Assembly (NCBI RefSeq): GCF_006345805.1
Contig: NC_043002.1
Span: forward strand, 43,586,001-43,650,000
Source of the DNA: Octopus sinensis
Taxonomy: Eukaryota
DNA: 64,000 nt
Reading direction: 5' to 3'
The number at the start of each line of letters is the position of its first letter. Position 1 is the first letter of the stretch. A program made the translations under genes and the position numbers. Under the pieces are notes generated by a model, which saw nothing but the letters and a program-made list of their open reading frames with translations, did no database searches and was not told the DNA's origin. Shown here piece by piece: positions 54,188 to 64,000 of the stretch.

Positions 54188-54583
54188 TCTTTATATATAA
54201 AAGAGAGGTTGTGTGCTGTCTGTCTCCTACGATTTAGATTCCTAACTACTCCCACATTTTGCGGTGCAGTTTAATCAAAACCGGGTATCTTATAGTCGTG
54301 ATTCATATCGAGTCCTTCTGGGTATTAGCGCGCGTCTACGATGAGTCTACGATTTAAAAAAAAATTTACCATCAATTTTTCCCATTTTTTAATGCATTTT
54401 TGGCATATATAAGGGAAGTAACTCTCTAAAACTTTATTAAATCTCAGAACGTAAAAAGCTACAGTAACACCCCCCTTCTTTGTGGTTAGCCATATTGAGA
54501 TGGCTATTATACTTTACATCTCTAAAAATGCTTATATAGTTATTTCCCTTACAAACCCGAGCAACGCCGGGCGATACTGCTAG
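54188..54583 (+). mobile_element. Non-autonomous Helitron
   Basis: A|TCTTTATATATAAAA 5' end, subterminal hairpin cccgagcaacgccggg, CTAG|T 3' end. Inserted between A and T with no TSD. Confidence 0.85.
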
Positions 54584-55302
54584 TTAAATATAAATTTAAA
54601 GTAAGAAAGGAATATTTTTCGATAACTAATACCGTTAATTTTCGTTGATCGTTTTACTACTGTCTACGGGAGACAACTCCAAACGTAGCTTCATATCTTT
54701 CCGACTCCCGTGGCATGGTTTACATAATTGCGTTTCATATCAGCAACTATCTCTCTGCTGTGCGGACTTATAAATGGTGGTGGTGGTGGCGATGGTTGTT
54801 TATATAGACTAGATTAGACTTAATCAGTCAGATTTATGATGAAATGCTTTCCTTTTTTTTTTTCGGAAATTGTATACAATATACTACAGTCTGTACGTTT
54901 TAAGATTGTTGAGAAAAATTGGCTGTTTTCATAGAAGCTCAAACAACCACACAGATGCTCCTTCTCTGATTTGTGAAAGAACTGTTATGGTTCATCTTGA
55001 TATGTCGGTTCTATTAACGCTCTCTAAATTAAATATGTTCTGATTAACTTAATCGTGTTTAGTTACTAAATACCTAGATATGAATCCATTGTGACGACGA
55101 CGATGGTGATGATAATGATGATGATGATGATGATGAGAGCAGTGCTGTGGGTGGCTTGTTGTCAAAAAGAAAATACTATCAGGCCCAGATCGTTGATTTG
55201 CTCGGGGGAACCTATAAAGCTGCTAAGACGGCCATAAAGCTGCTAAGACACCGTATACATATACTCATATACATATAAACGTAGAGAGATAGTGTGTGAG
55301 AA

Positions 55303-55305
<3 letters not shown>

Positions 55306-55382
<77 letters not shown>
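55306..55382. repeat. (GA)n microsatellite
   Basis: Seen directly. Confidence 0.95.
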
Positions 55383-55385
<3 letters not shown>

Positions 55386-56039
55386 GAGTGATAGAGTGGA
55401 ATAGAGAGATACTTGAAACATTGATAAATTCACTACACCAAACATCATACTAAGATGCACAGCTACAACAACCATGTCCCAACACTGCTGTGATAACCAC
55501 ATGAATCAAGAAACTTGCAGAAATAAGCTGAACTATAGAAAGTGTGGAACAATTCCAAATTACCACACTGATGTGGATGAAAGGCAAAGTCGACCTCGGA
55601 GGAATTTGAACTAAGAACGTAACTGCAGACGAAATACCTATTTCTTTACTACCCACAAGGGGCTAAACATAGAGGGGACAAAGGACAGACAAAGGGATTA
55701 AGTCGATTACATGGATTTTCTTTTTTATTATTCTTATTACGCCAAACAAGGCTTGAGGAAACGCAAGGAACTAAAGTGAAGGAAAAGAATGAGCCTACAA
55801 ATTCGAAAAAATACTGATTGACAGAAAGCTCAAAGGACGAGACGACGAAAACAAGACGACAGTAGAGAGTTCCGAAGAGTTAGCATTTCAAGAAAAGAAG
55901 CTATTGGAATGAAAAAAAAAAAAAAAAGAGAGAAAAGAGCATATGACTATAAGGAAACTCCACAGAGAAACGAAGGGCCTGGGAAGAGAAAGTTAATCAG
56001 AACAATGGAACGGAAATAGTTTTAGAAAAGACGCGACGA

Positions 56040-56153
56040 TAGTTCAAATGCCGTCGAGGTCGACTATATCTTTCACCCTTTCGATATCGATAAATTAAGT
56101 ACCAGTGAAACACTGGGGTCGAAGTAATCGACTAGTCCCCTCCCACCAAAAAT

Positions 56154-56193
<40 letters not shown>

Positions 56194-57150
56194 GCTACTA
56201 CTACTACTACTACTACTCGAGCGGCGAGCTGGCAGAATCGTTAGCACGCCGGGCGAAATGTTTAGCAGCATTTCGTCTGCCGCTATGTTCTGAGTTCAAA
56301 TCCCGCCGAGGTCGACTTTGCCTTTCATCCTTTCGGGGACGATTAAATAAGTACAAGTTACGCACTGGGGTCGATATAATCGACTTAATCCGTTTGTCTG
56401 TCCTTGTTTGTCCTCTCTGTGTTTAGCCCCTTGTGGGTAGTAAAGAAATAGGTATTTCGCCCGTCACTATGTTCTGAATTCAAATTCTGTCGAGGTCGAC
56501 TTTGCTTTACATCCTTTCGAGATCGATAAATTAAGTACCAGTGAAACACTGGGGTCGATGTAATCACCTTATCACCTCCCCCAAAATGACTGGCCTTGTG
56601 CAGAAAGGCAGCGAGCTAGCAGAATCGTTAGCATGCCAGGCAAAATGCTTTACAGCATTTCGTCCATCTTTACGTTCTGAGTTCAAATTCCGCCGAGGTC
56701 GACTTTGCCTTTCATCCTTTTTGGGGGTCGATAAATTAAGTATCAGTGAAACACTGGGTCGAAGTAATCGACTCGGCCCCTCCCTCAAAATGGCTGACCT
56801 TGTGGCAAAATTTGAAACCATTATTATTACTATTACTGGAGACGATGAAATATGGACAAGTTGTGAACTGGGGTCGATGCCAACGATTACTCCTCTCCCA
56901 CGAAATTTCAGGCATTCTGCTTATCATATAATATATTATTATTGTTATCATTATTATTATTACTAAAGCAGCGAGCTGGCAGAATCTTTAGCATGTCGGG
57001 CAAAATGCTTAGTGTCATCTTTACGTTCTCAGTTCAAATTCCACCGAGGACGACTTTGTCTTTCATCCTTTCGGGGTCAGTAAGTACTTATTGAGCACTG
57101 GAATTGATGTAATCGACTAGCTCCCATACCAAAAATTTCTGCAATTGCAC
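56040..57150 (+). repeat. Cluster of about five head-to-tail family A SINEs
   Basis: Repeated gttcaaat...gaggtcgactttgcctttcatcc units with (CTA)n/(TTA)n spacers. Confidence 0.85.
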
Positions 57151-57585
57151 CGGTAGTATGTCGCCTGTCTTGCAGGTATGGAAAATTGACTTTCCGCAGG
57201 CTACAGAAATGAGAATGTAGTAATGCAAGGGAAGTAACTCTCATAGTTCTTTTAAAGGGAGAGAACTACAAATGATTTCTATAATTCACGTAATAACTAT
57301 CAGTTTAAACACGTCCTTCTACCACTTAACGCTACCATTATTAACAAAACAAGTAAATGAATAATTTCTGTTTTAAATTAGATAACTTCAACTTCGGAAA
57401 TGTTTATAGATGTGAACATGTGAGCTTATTTTAAGATTTCTTGCCAATAGAGAAAGAACCGTAAACTAGATCCAGGGTTCTTCAGTGGAATTTCAACATC
57501 AACAACAGGGTATTTTTGCTTGTATGTATGTATGTATGTATGTATGTATGTATGTATGTATGTATGTATGTATGTATGTATGTAT

Positions 57586-59886
57586 TTAAATGATAAACTT
57601 CTGGACAGTTTCACAAATTTTTACAGTTCCAGTGATTCATTGGATCTGTAGCCTTCGAATTAGCTTTCTGTTTTCTGGTTATGAGAGCCTAATTTCTCAA
57701 GATTGGTATTTAGGCAGTGTGTTACATATCCCAGGACCCCAATAAATACAGGTATAAACCTGAACTTGTAATCTGGATAGAGTAAATGCAAATTTCTCAA
57801 TAGTTCAGCATAGGTGTTCTCTTTTTAACTGATCTTCAGCTTTATCTTAACATCCGCTGGTCAGCTAATTTTTACAACTGTGCACAGTTTCTCTTCTCTA
57901 TCCCAAATCATCATATCAGGTCTGTTGTGCTTACATTTTATGGAAGTCTTCACTGGTACATTCCACTAGTATTCCTTTTTATTATGAGTGGCTACGGCTT
58001 CTACCATATTGCTTTTTTTTATTTCTTTATCGTTGGGATTATCCTTACGACAGATTTCATTATAGAGTGTCCTAGCTACAACGCATGGCTCATCGGTAGA
58101 TAATACCATTATGACATTTTCGGACAAAAGCTTATCATGTGGGTGATATCTTCAGCGTGGACTCCACAAAGTCTGCATCGGTCGTCACATTTTACGGCCT
58201 TTCCCACATCTCTATCCCTTTTGTGCATCGGGTACTTTGTTGATATTTCCTGTTCCTGGATAGCAAACGCATATCCTTCAAAGTGGAGGTAGTAATCCGG
58301 CAATTCGTCCATGATAAACTGCTTTGATGATCGATGCTACGAGGGACGTTCAATAAGTAATGCCTCTGACCCACTTGCAGTTGTTTTGCATGTGCAATTA
58401 TTTATATCTCTATAGATTAAGTGGCAAATTATAGTTCTGAACTAATTGTGGTTTCTGATTTACAGGTGTTTGAACTGAGTCAAGTGTGAAATGGAGCATG
58501 TTGAGTGTCGAGCAGTGATTCGGTTTTTTTTATTTGAAAGGATGCACACCACGGGAGACTTTTGATGAAATAAAAGTAACTTATGGTGACGATGCCCCAT
58601 CATATGACCTTGTAAAACGCTGGCATCGTGAATTCAAACATGGTCGGAACTCTGTGGAAACAGCTCCCAGATCTGTCGCCCCCCCTTCTGCCATCGATGA
58701 GGCATCTGTCCGTCAAGTTGAGGCTGCCATTTTGGAAGATCGACGCATAACTATTCGCCAAATAGCCCATAAGGTCAAGATTAGTACCGGGTCTGTGGAA
58801 ACTATCATTCATGACCATTTGCATATGCAAAAGGTGTCTGCCAGATGGATTCCCAGGTTGCTCACACCTTTCCAGAAGCAAGAACGCGTCGAGTGCTCGA
58901 GGATGAATTTGGAGATGTGCCCAGAAGATGAGTCAAACTTTTTCAAAAGACTGATTACACAGGATGAAACCTGGGTCTATCGCTATGATCCAGAGACCAA
59001 AGCCCAGTCAATGCAGTGGAAGCACCATGACTCACCTCCTCCAAAGAAGGCAAGGGTGCAGCCCTCCGCTGGTAAGGTCATGCTCAGTCTTCTGGGACCA
59101 GGACGGAGTAGTGATGACAGATTTCCTGGCAAAGGGTACCACAATTACAGGAGCCTATTATCCTTCACTTTTGAGGAAATTAAGAGAAGCTATCAAAATC
59201 AAGAGGCGGGGCAAGATCAGCAAAGGCATCCTCCTCCTGCAGGACAACGCTCCGGTCCGCAACTCGCGTGTCGCCAGATCAGAAGCACAGGCGTGCGGCT
59301 ATGAACTGCTCCCCCATCCCCTATTCTCCTGACCTTGCACCCTCTGATTTTCACCTCTTCCCAGCCATGAAGTTTTTGAAAGGAAAGCGTTTCCCAGATG
59401 ATGCAGCCTTGATTTCTGAAGTCACGTCGTGGTTGGAGGACCAAGCTGGGGTCTTCTACAAAAACGGTCTTCAGAGCTGCATCAAACGATGGGAGAAATG
59501 CGTAACTCTGGGTGGTTCCTATGTAGAAAAAGACTAATAACTGTGCCAAGTCTCGTTGCTCTACTGCTATGGGAAGTGGGTCAGGGGCATTACTTATTGA
59601 ACGCCCCTCGTACTCTCATCACGGAGCTTTCTACTTACATATCCATGCATAGTCTTCTGCTCACATAGGCTCATCCTTTCATATGTTGCGGTAGAGTCGT
59701 GAGAATTCTTTGGGCATGAATTCTAGGCTATCAGACAAAGAGTGTTGCTCAAAGAGCTGCCTTCCAAGTCTCATGATGTTATCACCTCATGTATGCGAAC
59801 TTGGTCAAGGGATGTACTTCGACACTTGTTGGTTAAAAGATGTTGCCGAAAGGATACGATGCGACATTCAAAGGCATTTTGGATCG

Positions 59887-59887
<1 letters not shown>
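57586..59887 (-). mobile_element. R4/Dong-like RLE LINE 3' portion flanked by (TACA)n, interrupted by mariner
   Basis: KTMHGY...DHQSSLSW, FEGYAFAIQEQ, CRLCGVHAEDITHMISFC (CCHC), WWNVPVKTSIKCKHNRPDMMIWD and IPVFIGVLGYV. (TATG)n lies at both 57520-57585 and 59888-59950. Confidence 0.85.
58340..59610 (+). mobile_element. Second full-length copy of the DD34D mariner, TIRs and TA TSD; transposase frameshifted
   Basis: TA|CGAGGGACGTTCAATAAGTAATG ... CATTACTTATTGAACGCCCCTCG|TA. ORF pieces 58534..59304, 58964..59332 and 59268..59537 contain WIPRLL, TQDETW, QDNAPV and YSPDLAPSDFHLF. Confidence 0.95.
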
Positions 59888-59917
<30 letters not shown>

Positions 59918-60029
59918 TGTATGTATGTATGTATGTATGTATGTATGTATGTTTGGGTGGGTGGGTGCTTGGGTGTGTGTGCGTGTGTGTTCACACACGC
60001 ATGTCAGGTTTAGTCTCATGTTTTTCGTA

Positions 60030-61090
60030 TTTCAAGGCTTAATTAATTGTTCGAACCGATTACGAAAACCGTTTATTCATCAAAATATATCCCATCATAT
60101 TCCACTGTCTGTTGCCGTCGTTGTGTCAGCTCAATTCCACGCCTATACCGTTTGGCTATTTTAGAGGAAAAAGTCTCTCTGTACCAGTTTTCAACCCCAT
60201 CCACATTGTTGATCTCCGTCTGCGCAGGGAATGAGCCATGGTTCGGAACAAAATGGAAATCTAATGGTACAAGGTCTGGAGTGTAGGCAATGCGAGGCAT
60301 TCTTTCCCGACCCCTTAAGTTCCTCAAGTTTGCGCTTGGCCACATCAGCAGTATGTGGTGGGATGTTGTAAGAGTTCATGTCTTCAATTGACGAATGCCG
60401 GCTGCAGGCTTTCAAAACATCATACACTCGCTGCAGTTGTTGAGTATAAGTGTTAGAGTTCACAGCATGACCATCTGGAACAAGCTCAAAGAGCATCACC
60501 CTCTCTAAATTACACCAAACACACAACATGACTTTCTCTTCGAACAGCCCTTGTTTGAGAACAAATTCTGAAGCCTGGATGGAACGAAGACACTGATTAG
60601 AATTTCGAAAATAGATTCATTTTTCATCCTCAGTTCGACAAAGACAGGTATCCTGTAGATTTGCCAGTAGTTGTTTTTAAATGTTCATCCTTTGATGGAC
60701 CTGATCATTGGTCAGTTCATGGGCTTCTGGACATCAACTTTTCACAGGGCCGAGCTTATGGAGGTTCTAGTTGATGTTTTGTGAAGGCTCAAGTTCTGCT
60801 GATAATGTATGAGTGGTTGTGCTTGACTGTTGTTCAACCATTTCAAACACCACCTCATCTTCCACAACAGAAGGTCTGCCTGACCTTGGTTTGCTTTTGA
60901 GAGTGGTATCACCTCTTCTTTGAAAAGTCTGAACCAGTTTTGTGCCACACTTTCGTTGATAGTTCCTTGGCCGTACACATCATTAATTTTTTATACTGCT
61001 GCCTTTGCAGTCAGTCCCTTTTCCCACAGATAGCGTAAAATCGCTCTACTTGAAAATCTTTTCCCACACTCATTATCAAAGCTGTAAAAT
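60030..61090 (-). mobile_element. Old degraded mariner transposase remnant
   Basis: YGQGTINESVAQNWFRLFKE, MLCVWCNLERVMLFELVPDGHAVNSNTYTQQL and AYTPDLVPLDFHF are spread over frameshifted ORFs. Confidence 0.8.
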
Positions 61091-61463
61091 AAAGAATAAA
61101 GAATGTATATATGTTATGTATAAAAATAAAGAAAATAAAGGAAAGCAATTCAGCAACGATTGGACAACAAATGGTATCAAATTAATTATATAGCATGGAG
61201 ATACAAATAGTCAAAAATCATCAGTGAAAATCCCCATATATATATAAAAGCATACATACATACATACATACATACATACATACATACATACATACATACA
61301 TACATACATACGTACATACATACATACACACATACATACATACATACATACATACATACATACATACATGCTTGTATGCATGCATAGATGCATGCATACA
61401 TTAGTATGTTAAACAACAGTAAGAAGTTGCTGATCAAACTCTTGTTTTATCTGTATTTATTTA

Positions 61464-62004
61464 TCTATTATATACAATCCGTTCTGTCTGTCTGTGTGTG
61501 TGTCTTCAAGGATCTCGGGCATCCTCCATCCAATTGCGCTCAAATTTGATACCGACGGTATCAGGGCATGTATAAGTCTTGAAAAAAATTACAAAAATCG
61601 ATTCCAGATGAGAATGCGATCGATAAAGCCGTGGGAACGTGCATTTGTACGCGTAAGTACATCAGCTGTTGCGATTGATACTATGCGTGCCCGAGAAAAA
61701 TGCACGTGCAGGTGCACAAAAAAGTCGGCTGGCTTGAAATAATGCCACAAAATGCAGTATATTTGTGAAACAAAAAAAGTAAGATGCAAAAGAGATATTT
61801 TCTTGAAACTTGGCATGAAGGAAGGAAAGACTATTTGATTTCTCAAGAAGGTTTTTTTTTTGCCTTAACTTCATTTAACAAAACCAAACATTTTATTGAA
61901 ATAAAGGCATGCTTAATTATTTTTTAATGAAAAGAAAACACTGATTGCTTTTTATTCAGCAGATATGATTCAGCACCGTCCATTGGACGGGGGCGTTTTG
62001 CTCG
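61464..62004 (+). mobile_element. Probable non-autonomous Helitron
   Basis: A|TCTATTATATA start, (TCTG)n near the 5' end, hairpin ccgtcc-att-ggacgg, then CTCG|T (a CTAG variant). Confidence 0.6.
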
Positions 62005-63202
62005 TATGTTTATAATTTTCTCCGAGGCAGTGAAACAAAGTACTATTGAAGGGCATGGATGGATTCAATCGGCTGTCGCCTCCCGCTTAAATTTCTGCGT
62101 TTTTTTTTGTTGCTTAATTTATAAGCAATTGTTCCTCTGAGAAAACTATTGAACTCCAATTGGTGTCATCTTTGTGTTGCATCTAGATGATAATGTCACT
62201 ACGTCTTCTGATATGTAGCGTAAATATGACGTCACAAATGTTTATTATTGTTGTTGTTATTTACTCACAGGTCACTTATGATGAAGGTGACCTACGAGGA
62301 AAAACATTTCAACTGTAACCATCTCTTTTATTTTACCTACGTGAGACGGGACCCCAGATCTGCATTTGCAATTTATCTTTTTCTAAGACAGTGGAGTGCG
62401 ATATAAGAGAGAAATTTGACAGTTATTTCCAGCAGGTTGAACAACCACAAAGAATCGCCCTCGTAGATCTGGTTTCTTAATTGTTACCCTCTAATCTCTT
62501 AGAAGACAATGTTACGCAATTAGAAACTAGAATAAATAAATAAATACTGCAAAACACTGAGAATATATCAGAATTACATATATTCATGCATACATACATG
62601 CATTCTTTTATTCATTTAATTGGCCACAAGGGCCTTACAAAGAAAGGAAGCTGCGGGCTGGACACGGACATAATGAGATGGAATGATTAACGATATGATA
62701 ACAATGAGGGCAACAGCAACACCCGCCGATTGCTTTATACCTGAGCACATTATTCTTTTATAAAACATTTTGAGGCAACAAACCTTTTAATGATAACGCG
62801 TTAAGGAGGCAATAGATCTCTTACATTAACGACATACAAAGCCATTTTGAGGCAATAAACCTCTTACTCAAGTCCTTTTAGGAATCAAAAATACAATTTT
62901 CTTGCCCGACCAGACTTCTCGCCTCAGCAAAACACCTGGACGGCTCCAAGTCGGACCTATTTAACATAAATTTGTAGGTATCCTTAGAGAAGGAGTCCAT
63001 TATCCTGAACAGGTCGTTCTCCCTCATGACCTTGCATGCATACATACACGCATACATACATACACATACATGCATACATACATACACGCATACATACATA
63101 CATACATACATACATACATACATACATACATACATACATACATACATACATAGGTACGTACATACATACATGCATGCATGCACCCATATGTAAGTGTATA
63201 TA

Positions 63203-63359
63203 CAGAGGCGAACCCAAGGGTGGGGGACTGAGGGACACGTGCCCACTCCCTCAAGAAAAGAAGTGCGCCCTTCTAAATAATGTTATAGTAATTTGTTTTA
63301 ATAGCTGCGCCCTTCTGACTTTGTGCCCTCCCTTCGAAAATTTCCTATGACCGCGCCTG
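63203..63359. mobile_element. Small MITE-like element
   Basis: Ends cagaggcg... / ...cgcgcctg are weakly inverted, with internal gtgccc/gcgccc motifs. Confidence 0.35.
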
Positions 63360-64000
63360 TTGTATGGCATGTGGGCTAGTGGTTAGGGTATGACACTCAC
63401 GATGGCAAGATCGTGGTTAAAAAGGCAAAAAAAAAAAATAATGATTCAATAAAGTAAGGAAAATATGGTCATCAGAGCACTTTCAACCTCCAATAAATAG
63501 CTCGACCCTAAAACCTTTGCAGTGTCAGCTTGAGACCTATGATTGGCCTTAACAATTGGTCATCAAAAGAACTTACAGACATGGATGTAAGAATCTAGAA
63601 ACTGTTTCAGTATTAATGGAGCTGGAGACAAATTATATTTAACATGTTGAGTAAAGTTAGAGTGGCCTGAAGCCTGTACCATAACAATGAGTAAATATCT
63701 CCAACAGTGACAAACTCGAATCGTAGCTTATGCCTGATCAGCCTCGCTTCCCTTTAATAATTGTTTCTATTATAGGCACAAAGCCAACTATTTAGGGAGG
63801 AGGAGGCTAATTGATTGCATCGATCCCCAATGTTCAACTGGTACTTATTCTATTGATTCTGAAAGGATGGAGGACAATGATGTCTTTAACCGAATTTGAA
63901 CTCAGAACGTAAAGAACCAGAAGAAATGTCGCTCAGAATTTCACCCGAGGTATAAACAATTCTGCCAGCTCGCAGCCTTAAATAACACTGTAACAATTTT

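Noticed and set aside
62640-63032. Minus-strand open stretch possibly from a LINE C-terminus
   Set aside because: No diagnostic motif recognised, so it was left unassigned.

Overview
AT-rich, microsatellite-dense animal genomic DNA. The SINE/LINE repertoire and the (TA)n/(TATG)n load suggest a coleoid cephalopod such as Octopus, which is an inference. The only well-supported host gene is the 3' part of an SLC7 L-type amino-acid transporter light chain (b(0,+)AT/SLC7A9-like). It has four + strand exons at 8262-14669, and the upstream exons are not visible in the window. The rest is mobile DNA: a Penelope-like RT fragment; two near-identical DD34D mariner copies, each nested in an older element; a maT/DD37D-like relic; RTE LINEs; R4/Dong-like and CRE-like restriction-endonuclease LINE ends; non-autonomous Helitrons; and many tRNA-derived SINEs. 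The most interesting signal is a set of short inserts sitting in or beside (TA)n-type microsatellites. They carry minimal type I hammerhead-ribozyme-like motifs (best at 37672-37749 on - and 874-968 on +) and/or long fold-back palindromes, and they resemble Penelope pseudo-LTR or retrozyme-like units. Coordinates were read by eye. Exon, mariner and ribozyme ends should be accurate to a few bases, while degraded repeat ends are approximate.
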